Assembly (NCBI GenBank): GCA_950097015.1
Contig: CATNEN010000001.1
Location: 1,426,001 to 1,490,000, forward strand
DNA length: 64,000 nucleotides
Direction: 5' to 3'
From: Macrostomum hystrix
Lineage: Eukaryota > Animalia > Platyhelminthes
Shown here in pieces: positions 37,168 through 50,800 of this stretch. Made by a program: the position numbers and the translations under genes. The notes under the pieces are model-generated. The model did no database searches. It saw only the letters and a program-made list of their open reading frames with translations, and was not told the DNA's origin. The stretch's first letter is position 1; each line of letters starts with the position of its first letter.

Positions 37168-40100
37168 ATGAAATTGTCGCGTTACGTTTTCGCCTTCATA
37201 TTTGCCTCATTGATAGTTTTTACTTATCTGGTGATTGCAAATTATCGTATTTTGAATTCTAATTCGGCTGGTGACTGCCGTCAAACTCAGCTAAATTGGC
37301 GACATTCCCGAAGACCGTGGCGTACGTGGCCTCGGGCCCGACCGAGGGATCCGTGGAACCGAGAGCCATTGTTGGTCTGGCTGGAGCAAACAAGGTAAAT
37401 CGTTTGGGATATATTGGGATAAACTAACCGTTAACTAGTTTTATGAAGCTGACATCCGCATGAGATGTTTGAAACATCTGTTTGACAGCCAAGGATACAA
37501 CCAGTTAGACGGAAGATTCAACGGCAATGAATGCAACCTGTTAGACACTGAATGCAACCTGTTAGACACAGAATGCAACCTGTTAGACACAGAATGCAAC
37601 CTGTTAGACACTGAATGCAACCTGTTAGACACAGAATGCAACCTGCTAGACACTGAATACAACCTGTTAGACACAGAATGCAACCTGTTAGACACAGAAT
37701 ACAACCTGTTAGACACAGAATGCAACCTGTTAGACACTGAATACAACCTGTTAGACACAGAATGCAACCTGTTAGACACTGAATGCAACCTGTTAGACAC
37801 TGAATGCAACCTGTTAGACACAGAATGCAACCTGTTAGACACAGAATGCAACCTGTTAGACACTGAATGCAACCTGTTAGACACAGAATGCAACCTGTTA
37901 GATACAGAATGCAGCCTGTTAGACACCGAATGCAGCCTGTTAGACACAGAATGCTACCTGTTAGACACCGAATGCAGCCTGTTAGACACAGAATGCTACC
38001 TGTTAGACACAGAATGCAACCTGTTAGACATAGAATGCAACCTGTTAGACACAGAATAAAACTGTTAGACACAGAATGCAACCTGTTAGACACAGAATGC
38101 TACCTGTTAGACACAGAATGCTACCTGTTAGATACAGAATGCTACCTGTTAGACATAGAATGCAACCTGTTAGACACAGAATAAAACTGTTAGACACAGA
38201 ATGCAACCTGTTAGACACAGAATGCTACCTGTTAGACACAGAATGCTACCTGTTAGACACAGAATGAAACTGTTAGACACAGAATGAAACTGTTAGACAC
38301 AGAATGAAACTGTTAGACACAGAATACAACCTGTTAGATACAGAATGCTACCTGTTAGATACAGAATGCAACCTGTTAGACATAGAATGCAGCCTGTTAG
38401 ACACAGAATGAAACTGTTAGACACAGAATGAAACTGTTAGACACAGAATGAAACTGTTAGACACAGAATGAAACTGTTAGACACAGAATACAACCGGTTA
38501 CGTGGACGACTTTTGCAACAATTTTTCAGATGGAATTCGTCACTAGAAGAGTTCAGCCATCAACAGTCTGGAAGACACGGGCCATTGTTTAAGTACGCGG
38601 CCAGATATCCCGTACCGGCGCTCCCCAGTTCGGCGTCAGCTCGCAGTACAGTCCTGCTCATTATAGTGAAGTCTGCCATTGAGAACTTCAAGGCCAGGTC
38701 AGCCATTCGTGAGACCTGGGGTCGGGCAAATCTTTGGCCAATCGGAACTCTAATTAGATTTATTGTCGGATCTCCAGCAAGCGATCAAGATTGGCGACTG
38801 TTGTTGGATGAGTGTAAGAGCTTTGGTGACGTCATTGTTCACGGAGAGGGCGACGGGTACAGGTGAGAAATTGGCGTTATCCTCCAGAACCTAGATTGGG
38901 ATTGTAAAAATGAGGATTCAACACACTATTCCGATTCCAATACTTAATCACAAACTGCATTCTCTATCTCAAAACTACTTATACTATACACAGATCCCCA
39001 AATTGTTCGTCCCCCAAGCTCAGATCCCCAAATCATTAACCCCAAAACTTAGATCCCCAAATCATTAACCCCCAAACTTAGATCCCCAAATCATTAACCC
39101 CCAAACTTAGATCCCCAAATCATTAACCCCCAAACTTAGATCCCCAAATCATTAACCCCCCAAACTCAGATCCCAAAATTGTTCGTCCCCCCAAGCTCAG
39201 ATCCCCAAATCATTAACCCCCAAACTTAGATCCCCAAATCATTAACCCCCAAACCTAGATCCCCAAATCATTAACCCCCAAACTTAGATCCCCAAATCAT
39301 TTATCCCCCAAACTTAGATCCCCAAATCATTAACCCCCAAACTTAGATCCCCAAATCATTAACCCCCAAGCTCAGATCCCCAAATCATTTATCCCCCAAA
39401 CCCAGATCCCCAAATTATTAACACCCCCAAACTCAGATCCCCAAATTATTAACACCCCAAACTCAGATCCCCAAATTATTAACACCCCCCAAACTCAGAT
39501 CCCCAAATTATTAACACCCCCAAACTCAGATCCCCAAATTATTAACACCCCCAAACTCAGATCCCCAAATCATTAACTCCCCTAAACTCAGATCCCCAAA
39601 TCAGTAACTCCCCAAACTCAGATGCTAAATCATTAACTCCCCAAACTCAGATCCCCAAATCATTAACTCCCCAAACTCGGATCCCAAAATCATTAACTCC
39701 CCAAACTCAGATCCCCAAATCATTAACCCTTAACCTCAGATCCCCAAATTATTAACACCCCCCAAACTCAGATCCCCAAATCATTAACCCCCCAAACCAA
39801 GATCCCCAAATCAAATATTACCTAACTCAAATCCCAAAAATTCCCCTACATCTCAAAAAATTATCCCAATGACTCAAATCCCCAAATAATTAATCTCCCA
39901 ACTCAGATACAAAAGTAATTGAAACCATAGACTGAGAAACTGTACGTTACTCCCATGGCGCAGGAATAATACCCGCAAGATGCTGGCCGCGCTGTACTGG
40001 GCCCAAAGTAATCTCCAAATTGATAAGCGTCATTCAGCATCGCTACTGTTGAATCTAGTCGACGATGACCTTCTAGTAAACCCATTCTTAGCGAATTCCG

Positions 40101-40606
40101 TTCTGAACGAGGCGCTTACTGCTGCGGCCTCAGAATCGTCTAAAAACAAAAATGGCAGATTTTTAGCCGGCAGGTGCGTCCGTGGTTCGACTCCCTTTCG
40201 CAACCGAGGCAGCAAGTGGAGCATCGATCGGAAAGAATATCCACCGGAGATTTATCCGGACTACCTGTCAGCTGGTTGGCTAATAATACCTGGCCAACTG
40301 CTCAGCGATCTACTCAAGGCTGCCAGTGTGGTAACGCCCAGACTGCCATTTGACGATGTCTACCTGGGACTGCTGGCAGCCAGGCTCAGGTTGAGTTTGA
40401 TTTGCCTCACCGGCCTACTCAAACTGGAGGAAAAGACTCCGCCAGGCAATGTGCGATTAACTGAAGCAGCAAGCTACAGTCCGTTGCTAGGAGGACAATT
40501 GGCATGGCAACTGGTGGCTCTTCACGGCTATGCGAGACAGGAGACCAGAATGAGAGAGGACTGGATGACACTGGAGCGACTGTACTGCAGTCCACCTGGG
40601 CCTTGA
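37168..40606 (+). CDS. GT31 beta-1,3-glycosyltransferase (brainiac/B3GALT/B3GNT-like), type II membrane protein, 3 exons, 400 aa
   Basis: Exons 37168-37394, 38530-38862, 39964-40606; 1203 nt total. N-terminal TM helix, IIVKSAIENFKARSAIRETWG, DECKSFGDVI, DGYRNNTRKM, VDDD, PFRNRGSKWSI...EYPPEIYPDYLSAG, FDDVYLGL, LHGY. Confidence 0.9.
37528..38495. repeat. 21-bp minisatellite (AACCTGTTAGACACAGAATGC, with 19-bp variants), GT31 intron 1
   Basis: Tandem units read directly. Confidence 0.96.
38990..39812. repeat. About 29-bp minisatellite (AGATCCCCAAATCATTAACCCCCAAACTT), GT31 intron 2
   Basis: Tandem units read directly. Confidence 0.95.
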
Positions 40607-40639
40607 TTAAGTGGGATATTTTGCTCAAGATGGGATGAA

Positions 40640-43047
40640 TGGGATCAGAGAGGGTAGCTCAAGATGGGATCAGAGGGTAGCTCAAGATGGGATCAGAGAG
40701 TAGATTAAGATGGGATCAGGGAGTAGATTAAGATGGGATCAGAGAGTAGATTAAGATGGGATCAGAGAGTAGCTTAAGATGGGATCAGGGAGTAGATTAA
40801 GATGGGATCAGGGAGTAGATTAAGATGGGATCAGGGAGTAGCTTAAGATGGGATCAGAGAGTAGCTTAAGATGGGATCAGAGAGTAGCTTAAGATGGGGT
40901 CAGGGAGTAGCTTAAGATGGGATCAGAGAGTAGCTTAAGATGGGATCAGAGAGTAGCTTAAGATGGGATCAGGGAGTAGCTTAAGATGGGATCAGGGAGT
41001 AGCTTAAGATGGGATCAGGGAGTAGCTTAAGATGGGATCAGGGAGTAGATTAAGATGGGATCAGGGAGTAGCTTAAGATGGGATCAGAGAGTAGCTTAAG
41101 ATGGGATCAGAGAGTAGCTTAAGATGGGATCAGGGAGTAGCTTAAGATGGGATCAGAGAGTAGCTTAAGATGGGATCAGAGAGTAGCTTAAGATGGGATC
41201 AGGGAGTAGCTTAAGATGGGATCAGGGAGTAGCTTAAGATGGGATCAGGGAGTAGATTAAGATGGGATCATGGAGTAGCTTAAGATGGGATCAGGGAGTA
41301 GCTTAAGATGGGATCAGGGAGTAGATTAAGATGGGATCAGGGAGTAGATTAAGATGGGATCAGGGAGTAGCTTAAGATGGGATCAGAGAGTAGCTTAAGA
41401 TGGGATCAGAGAGTAGCTTAAGATGGGGTCAGGGAGTAGCTTAAGATGGGATCAGAGAGTAGCTTAAGATGGGATCAGAGAGTAGCTTAAGATGGGATCA
41501 GGGAGTAGCTTAAGATGGGATCAGGGAGTAGATTAAGATGGGATCAGGGAGTAGCTTAAGATGGGATCAGGGAGTAGATTAAGATGAGATCAGGGAGTAG
41601 CTTAAGATGGGATCAGGGAGTAGATTAAGATGAGATCAGGGAGTAGCTTAAGATGGGATCAGGGAGTAGCTTAAGATGGGATCAGGGAGTAGCTTAAGAT
41701 GGGATCAGAGAGTAGCTTAAGATGGGATCAGAGAGTAGCTTAAGGTGGGATCAGGGAGTAGCTTAAGATGGGATCAGGGAGTAGCTTAAGATGGGATCAG
41801 GGAGTAGCTTAAGATGGGATCAGGGAGTAGATTAAGATGGGATCAGGGAGTAGCTTAAGATGGGATCAGGGAGTAGCTTAAGATGGGATCAGAGAGTAGC
41901 TTAAGATGGGATCAGGGAGTAGCTTAAGATGGGATCAGAGAGTAGCTTAAGATGGGATCAGAGAGTAGCTTAAGATGGGATCAGGGAGTAGCTTAAGATG
42001 GGATCAGGGAGTAGCTTAAGATGGGATCAGGGAGTAGCTTAAGATGGGATCAGGGAGTAGATTAAGATGGGATCAGGGAGTAGCTTAAGATGGGATCAGG
42101 GAGTAGCTTAAGATGGGATCAGGGAGTAGATTAAGATGGGATCAGGGAGTAGCTTAAGATGGGATCAGAGAGTAGCTTAAGATGGGATCAGAGAGTAGCT
42201 TAAGATGGGGTCAGGGAGTAGCTTAAGATGGGATCAGAGAGTAGCTTAAGATGGGATCAGAGAGTAGCTTAAGATGGGATCAGGGAGTAGCTTAAGATGG
42301 GATCAGGGAGTAGATTAAGATGGGATCAGGGAGTAGCTTAAGATGGGATCAGGGAGTAGATTAAGATGAGATCAGGGAGTAGCTTAAGATGGGATCAGAG
42401 AGTAGCTTAAGATGGGATCAGGGAGTAGCTTAAGATGGGATCAGAGAGTAGCTTAAGATGGGATCAGGGAGTAGCTTAAGATGGGATCAGAGAGTAGCTT
42501 AAGATGGGATCAGAGAGTAGCTTAAGGTGGGATCAGGGAGTAGCTTAAGATGGGATCAGGGAGTAGCTTAAGATGGGATCAGGGAGTAGCTTAAGATGGG
42601 ATCAGGGAGTAGATTAAGATGGGATCAGGGAGTAGCTTAAGATGGGATCAGGGAGTAGCTTAAGATGGGATCAGAGAGTAGCTTAAGATGGGATCAGGGA
42701 GTAGCTTAAGATGGGATCAGAGAGTAGCTTAAGATGGGATCAGAGAGTAGCTTAAGATGGGATCAGAGAGTAGCTTAAGATGGGATCAGAGAGTAGCTTA
42801 AGATGGGATCAGAGAGTAGCTTAAGATGGGATCAGGGAGTAGCTTAAGATGGGATCAGGGAGTAGCTTAAGATGGGATCAGAGAGTAGCTTAAGATGGGA
42901 TCAGGGAGTAACTTAAGATGGGATCAGAGAGTAGCTTAAGATGGGATCAGAGAGTAGCTTAAGATGGGATCAGAGAGTAGCTTAAGATGGGATCAGGGAG
43001 TAGATTAAGATGGGATCAGAGAGTAGCTTAAGATGGGATCAGAGAGT
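40640..43047. repeat. 23-bp minisatellite (TAAGATGGGATCAG[G/A]GAGTAGCT), about 104 copies
   Basis: Tandem units beginning about 30 bp after the GT31 stop. Confidence 0.97.
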
Positions 43048-43711
43048 ACTGATTCTGACGCGCAATATTCAGAATAGCCGTATTATTAGTGTGAAAAATG
43101 TGCAATAAGACTTCATCTATAAAATTAAACCTGTTGAATGAGTATATAATACAGTATTGCAGCATTGCCCCAAGTCTCCACTTGTGTGTATATATGAGAT
43201 TTATGAAAAATATACAATGTAGCTAAATTCAATATCAAGCCCAGCCATTGTTAATCATCAACAATGGAGAACCCATTCTTCATTAACGTGTGCTGTATAA
43301 TTACTTTTAAATAACTGAAACCATTTCAAAGTTTCAATATGAGAATATTTCAGACTTAAATTTTTACAAAAGTCCTAAAGCGAACACCAGAAAAGACTGT
43401 AGAATGTAAATTTATTGGTAGCTTAGAAGTTTTTTATATTAAAATTTATAGTCAATGTGATTAATTATAATAGTTTAACGCTCGAAGCCAGATTCCAGAC
43501 AGAAGGACGCTAATGAACTACTGCTAGTAATATAGAAAAAATAAAGTTTTTCATTTTGCGATATTATTAAAAACAAACGAAACGTTTTACAGTTAAATAA
43601 TCAATAAATGTACATGTAAAACTGCTTAATTTGATACTTCACGAGCAGAATAGAAATAACAAGACAAGAGTTCTTTGCGGAATTTAACTCAATCCTCAAA
43701 GTTTTGAGAAC

Positions 43712-44392
43712 CTGGGATTTGAATCCGTAGTTTAGGGATCTGGGATTTAAACTGTAGTTTGAGGATCTGGGATTCGAACCTGTAATTTGGGGATCTGGGA
43801 TTCGAATCTGTAGTTTGGGGATCTGGGATTCGATTCTGTACTTTGGGGATCTGGGATTCGATTCTGTACTTTGGGGATCTGGGATTCGATTCTGTAGTTT
43901 AGGGATCTGGGATTCGATTCTGTACTTTAGGGATCTGGGATTCGATTCTGTGGTTTAGGGATCTGGGATTCGATTCTGTAGTTTAGGGATCTGGGATTCG
44001 AATCTGTAATTTGGGGATCTGGGATTCGATTCTGTACTTTGGGGATCTGGGATTCGATTCTGTAGTTTAGGGATCTGGGATTCGAATCTGTATTTTGGGG
44101 ATCTGGAATTCGAATCTGTAGTTTGGGATCACGGATTCGAATCTGTATTTTGGGGATCTGGAATTCGAATCTGTAGTTTGGGATCACGGATTCGAATCTG
44201 TAATTTGGGGATCTGGGATTCGATTCTGTACTATGGGGATCTGGGATTCGATTCTGTAGTTTAGGGATCTGGGATTCGATTCTGTACTTTGGGGATCTGG
44301 GATTCGATTCTGTATTTTGGGGATCTGGGATTCGAATCTGTATTTTGGGGATCAAGGATTCGAATTTGTAATTTGGGGATCTGGGATTCGAA
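43712..44392. repeat. 28-bp minisatellite (GGGATCTGGGATTCGATTCTGTAGTTTG)
   Basis: Tandem units read directly. Confidence 0.95.
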
Positions 44393-44645
44393 TTTGCAGT
44401 TTGAGCTGCAAATTCCAGGAATTTAGTTATTTGATTTAAAAGGGTGGAGATAAAGGTCGGGTTTCTAGTTTGGAATCGCACATCGAGTGAGATAATAGGT
44501 GGTAAATCCAAACGTGCCCGATATGTTTAGAAAAAATCAAAATATAACGATCTAGACTTTAGAACGAGGAAGATGTTTTAAAGGAAAGTCGGAACCGAAA
44601 AAAACTACAGGCATTAAAGAGGAAAATAAACAGATTTGAGAGAAA

Positions 44646-45199
44646 TCAAGGCTGATCACTTGGCTCTTGAACAACCACCAGAAGGTAGTCCTGATCCGGA
44701 GCAATCATAATCTCATTCTTCTTTGATCTAATGCGCAGAAACACCAAATCGTTGCCCGAGTCCAGGTCGCGAACCACCGATCTAGCCTTCAAGGCCAACT
44801 GCTGAATTAGTGAGCAGTATTGCACCGTCAGGCTGGCGTCGGAGAAAGTGCTCCTAATCGGGATGCCGTCATAATTAACAATGATGACACCTGTCACACC
44901 TTTGTGCGACTGGATGCGCTTGAAGGTTTCCTCGACTTCAGCCTGAACAAATGACATTAGATGGATGATATGATTTTATATTTAGCTTTCTTGTGACAAA
45001 AAATGCTTACTACACTACTGAACTATAGAAAAGTAGTATTGTAAGAAAAAACTTTATTTTCTGCATAGACTATAATTTAGTAACTTTACTCATCGTATGA
45101 TTAAGAAGGAAACAAATTGTTTCATTGAGATTTTAACTCCCAATCACTCAGTTATAAATCCCTAAATTTCTTTAGTTAAGTTAAAAAGCCTACAACCAT
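44646..45199 (-). CDS. DYNLRB: Dynein light chain roadblock-type, about 99 aa
   Basis: Main exon 44942-44646 after a TTTGTTCAG acceptor: [32 protein letters not shown]...[43 protein letters not shown]. An ATG-only first coding exon is tentatively placed at 45199-45197 (AAAATG|GTTGTA), as in vertebrate roadblock genes. Confidence 0.93.
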
Positions 45200-47606
45200 T
45201 TTGACTAAAACAAACTAATGTGAAAATATGAAAAAGAAAAAGCAACTAACAAGGTGGACAAAGAGTCATATGGCAGCATTGAAGAATCAATCAACAATGC
45301 TTATTAGTATTAGCTATGTGCGAATTTATTTTTTAAGCAAAAATAAATTAAACAGGAAAATTTACAATAGCAAAATTGTAATTGGTTAATTAAAAAGAAA
45401 TGAAATAAAAAAATACAATTTACTTGGTAACAGTTTCAACTGCAAAACAATTTATTTTGTGTCATACTCGTATAATACTAAATAAATTATTTTGAAAATT
45501 TAGCTTTCTAATCAAGTCAGTGCTTAGCAAAAGGCAGCACAACTAAGTATAAAAATTGAAAGATTTGGCCAAATAAAAAAGAGTCATTTCCATTGAAACT
45601 GCTGCATTTATTTGTTTCAAACAGCACTCAGTTGTTTTCCTTAGACTAAAACTGATGCCATAAGCTATGCCTAGTACATTAAAAACACAATCAATAGCCT
45701 ATTAGTTGTGAATAAATAGCATTTGACCTATCCAGGACATTGTGTAGCACAATAGGAAGGTCAAGCTGATTGAAGGCACTAGCAGCATGTAGTACAATGG
45801 TCCTTGCTCATTAATGCCTGTTGCTATAGCTGACAAAAGCCACTGCATAGCAATGAATTTGCTCTGGCTTCTCTCTAATTGATCAAAGTGCAGTGGCCAA
45901 GTAGCGCTGGGTTATGATGCGAGATACATAAAATAGAAAGGCCCAACTTATCAGGATGATAGCCAACAATAGAAAGTTTAAAAAGTAGCCAATAGTGTGT
46001 CGACTATGGGAGTACATGCTGAATCATCTGTAATTTAAGCAATGAAACGTGTGAATTTAAATTTGATAATAAAAAAGACATTTTAGCTATAAATCAACAC
46101 CTATCATTTTTTTATTTGTAATGACTTTTTATGTTATTTCAATTACAAAAAATTGTTTTTTTCTCCTTTGGCCTTAGCTCAAGATTTTAACTCCTGACTC
46201 CCTAGCTATTTCATCAGAAGTATGAGACTCAAACCACAAGGCTAATAAAAGATCATTAGCAAAAAGAGTTTGGCTTAAAACAAATATACAAGGCCTATCT
46301 ATTAGGCCTAGGCAAAATAGAAAAAGAAAGAATACAAACAAAACATAAAGCATATTTTTCCCAAAGCTACTTTTCTGATTGTAATCTGTTCAAACTTTGA
46401 TATCAGATACTATTTATTAGAGTTTTTAATGTTATTAATTTATCCTTCTCGAATCATCACTAGCTAATGTATTAAGAGAGATCTCTGTATTCACAGACAT
46501 ACAAAAATGTTTATTAGACATAAAATGAACATTTGTTTTTATATATTCAAAATACCTAAAAAGTATGTATTGCAACTAATAATTTAGTATAGGGCAGTTA
46601 CCTTCTAAGGTTTTTGTTACAATTTAAGTGCAATTTATAGCATCAAATCCAAAGTCAGGTTGCTTAATCAGAAGGGTGCCAATTAGCTCACATTAAAACT
46701 TATAGTTGAATGCTAAATTTTTATCTAGGTAAAAAGTTTTACATAGAAAAGTTTAAAAATGCCAAAATGGCCATTGTTAATATTGTTATAGGCCTAGTCT
46801 TTGCTAATTATTTTTATACATGAGAGTTAAATGATTATTACTTCAATGATCACTATTTAAACATAAATATTTTTGCAACAGACAAAATGTTTTTTGCAAT
46901 AGCATAGGCTTATAAATTCATAATGCATTTTAGCATCAAGTTAGCAAGAGTCCTAAATACAGTATAAAAGGGTGCCATAGCATAGCATGGCACCTATTTG
47001 GCACAGACACCTATGGTTGTTTTGTTCTTATAGGCCTAATTAGTAAAATTTATTCAGTAGCATTAAAAACAATTCCTCTATTGGTTGGTACAAGTGTGGA
47101 ATGTTACTTCTTATTGTTTGCTAAGTAAATGAAAGGCCTAAGCCTAGCCTTACACGGGAATGCCAAGTCGGGTCTGGCATATAAATAAAACTTGAAAAAT
47201 AGAAATTAAACTGAAAGTAGGCCTAGCTACAAACTAGGCTAACTCGCAGCTAAGTCGCATTTTTTAAAAAACTATATACACTCATCAGCTTACTACTGTC
47301 ATAGAACAGATAGCCTTTACATGATGACTTCTAAGAACAAAAATGGACGAATCGGGAATGTGTGCATTAATATTCTCCATTTCTTTTGTTGCCAAGTGGG
47401 CAAGGGCTAGAGCCTCGAGTTGCCTCGTTTATTGACCGAGGCAAACCAAGACGAAAATTGTAAAAAATGTATGTCAACATATTTCAAGTTTTCCTCTTAG
47501 TTCGATTAGCGTTTAAAATAAGTAAAAATATATTTAAATACTTGTTAGATCAATAAACGGGTGTTCAACATTTGCTTACAATTAGAAACAGTGTAAACTA
47601 TTTTTT

Positions 47607-47619
47607 GTTGCTTAGCAAC
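47607..47619. promoter_or_regulatory. RFX X-box (GTTGCTTAGCAAC)
   Basis: Palindromic GTTGCT-T-AGCAAC about 270 bp upstream of ATG 47892; forkhead-type GTAAACA at 47817 and 47839. Confidence 0.55.
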
Positions 47620-47891
47620 AGTCAACTATTTTTTTGTTTTACTGCTCTTAGATATTGCACTAATTTAACATACGAAATCATGATATTAAAAACACATTCA
47701 ATAAATAACGTGGTTTCAAGTCACTTAAAGTTACATTTATCTGGTCAACTAGAAGACAGCTTTTTTTATTATTGAAAATATTTTATTAAGAAATTCAAAC
47801 GTTTGAGCAGGATAAAGTAAACAGTTAAAAAGTAAAAAGTAAACAGAATTTAAGTGGAATAAAAATATGTAAAATAAGTTGTGCGCCTGCT

Positions 47892-50800
47892 ATGTCAGTA
47901 TATAGTGAAGAAAGTGGATCTTCAGTGCTTACTGGTGCTTCTGGAGACACAGAAGAATTTTGGAATCGAAAGCGAGAAAAGTATTTTTTGTTGTACCTCC
48001 TCTTATATCATCTTACATTCTATCACCCCTGACTAGATTTTACTCTAAACGAGTGTAGCTCAATCACAGATACAATGTTAGCATTTTTACGCAAAAAACA
48101 ATAAAATGAGTGTCAAACTACCATTCACAAACATTTCAGTCTCCGTTCTTTGAAGCAGACTGTGAGAAATGGCAAGCGGAGCCTTCTAATTAAACGAACA
48201 ACCCCTGGTTTCGGACGGTAAAGACAGACATTAACATCTTGTCATTCCTAACTCTATTGATAGTTAAGTTATTTAGTTAAGTTTCCTTTGAAGCTTCTGA
48301 CTTTGAAGTTTGAAAAAATTCAAACGCAGTTCCGGTGGCAGCTACGCGCGTCAGCACCAGCAGCAGCTGCTGCAGCAACAGGCCCAGCGCTTGTCTACCA
48401 TCCACGAGCCTCGCACCATCGATCACACCAATTATCGCAACTACCTAAAGCGGCGGTTTCCTCACATCACTGGCGGCGCTGGTCGTCAATCTGGGAAGTC
48501 GCCGACGTCTTCGGCCAATGGCGATGAAAATGACGATGGAGCTCTGAGCGAATATGCGTCCGTTGTACGACCGTCGGGCAAGTCAGCTGGCGCTGCCGCA
48601 GCCGCTGCCGCAGCTACTTCGGCATCAAGATTGTCGAGACAAATAGGGAGAACGCGAAATAAACCCTCTAGCGTTGACGATGATGTGAGTCGATGCGTGT
48701 CTGCAATATTTACTTAATTTAATTAATTAAAATATTCATTCTATCTCGTCAGACTCTGGAGAGCTACATCTACTTCTGCGAGAATCGTCAATTTGCCTAC
48801 GACTTTGTTGACGCCTTCATCAATCAGCATCTAGATGAGGACGAGATTCCCGACGTCCTCATCGACAGTGTGAGCAGCCTGAGGGTGAGTGGTCATAGCT
48901 AAGCAGATTGCATATGTCGATCATATAATATAGTAAAATAATTGCAAACTTGAGTTGGTCCTCAGCGGCGTCAATTTCAACAACGGGGCCCCCAAGAAAG
49001 CCAAGCAAATACAATGCTAGAGTCACCATTACCCGATCTAGGAGCCGCCACAGCTCAGGCTTCAACGAGACTCGCCCAGTGGAGGCGGGCGCGGCCGCAG
49101 AGTTGTCGGCTTCAGATCACTGCAGCCGCTGCCTCCTGTAAGGCGCGGTCGAACAGCTGCGACCGACGCAGCCGCCGACCACTTCAGCGAAGTTCTGGAC
49201 GATGGAGATGAAAATCCGGAAGTGGCAGAAATTTTGCGCGCTGCCGCTGCGGCTAGGCATCGGGATCAGGTGACAAGATTGGCTCTCTGTATGGGCTGAC
49301 CAAGTTCTTTATCTCGGGGATAGTATTCACATGTACCTCAGTAGCATTTAGCTGAATTGTATCAAACGTAAGTTACTTGTGTAATTTTGCCCCAATGGGG
49401 CTCTTGGTGTACAGACCGGATGTCTCAGAATGTATTCAAGCTCAGACTGAATATTTTTGTATTTAGTGAGAATTCAAATTCGCAATCAGGGAAATTATTA
49501 CTAGCGAAATGAGTTTTCGTTTTTGTTTGCTTTCAGGTGTGTTTTGTCCTTCTGCCTTACACAATGTTTTTTGTCTGAACAGTATAGTGCCCCCCAAGGG
49601 GGGCTTAGTGTGCTAGTTATGAGCTATGAGTCAGCTGCATGCTGAGTTAATTTTCTGTGTGTGAGGCGCTAGTAGCCTTAGTGGTTAGAGCGTCTGACTT
49701 GTGGCTTAAAGGTCAGGGGTTCGATTCCCGACTCCAGTAGAAAAACTCATTGAATTACCGGCCATTGCTCCAAAACCAATTGAACAGGCCCGTCGGCGCC
49801 TCTCATCTCCTCAAGCGTCGCCTATGTCCACTCCACTGAACGGTCTGCGTCACGCTTCTCCAGTCGACGCCACAGCCGTCGATGCCATGCAGCTGCTTCT
49901 GCGCGATGTCCTGCCAGACCTGATGCGCGACGCAGCCTCCGAAGCAGTCGTGGAAGCCTCCCAGGGCATCATAACTGGCATTGACATTGTTGATATACTG
50001 GCGCCCCACATACTTGACGAAACTTTGAACGAACTCATTGTTGAATTGTGCAGCCAATCGATTAAACAGTTGGCTATGCAGGTAAGTCCCGGCCAATCAA
50101 CAAGTTGTTTTCTAAGTTATCTGGTATCCTAGACATTTTCTTCTGTTATTTTGCTCCCAGGAAGTGGCGGTCAGCTATCACTACGACGTGTTCCTGGAAC
50201 TGGTTGACGAAATCATCATGGAGTACGGACCCGGCATTGCCAGAAAGGCGGTTGGCGAGGACTTCCTAGAGAGCCTGCTCGACGAGCTCATTGAACCGGT
50301 GGCCGATGCAATGTCAGCCGAAGTGGCGGCGGACGTCCTGACGGAGTACGACACTCGATTGAGAAGGCGGGATCTTAAAGAGGTTTGTTTGATCTATTAA
50401 AGGACTCTGTAGGAGTTAACAGACGATCCGTCAAAGTACACTGTTAATATACTTAAAAGAAAATAAAATGCCGCTAGAGCTTTGCAAAGCTTCCCCCACC
50501 GCACCGCAGATCAAACGCACCGCCAAACAGAAGCCGCTGGACACGTTGATATTTCAACAGCTTGTTGAGAAGCTTGCGCAAGGTGACTCACTGCTCATCA
50601 CCAGCCGAACTCTGCATCATTTTGTTGAGGCCACAGAAATGGACATCCTGTTAAAACAGCTCGCCCAGGTGGCCCGCGCCAGACGCTTAACCCTAGAAAG
50701 TCAGCCTGTCAGGGCGTTGCACCAGCGACTGTTCACTGATGCTGCTCTGGGCGTCATCACTGATGAACTGCTGGACCAGATCGATGCGGATCTAGCAGAC

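Noticed and set aside
19972-43047. CRISPR-like appearance of the 20-35-bp repeat arrays
   Set aside because: Units are head-to-tail with no unique spacers, there are no cas genes, and the context is eukaryotic.
49666-49738. Functional tRNA gene (GTG-like loop)
   Set aside because: A and B boxes are present but the acceptor and anticodon stems cannot pair, so it was called a SINE head or pseudogene.
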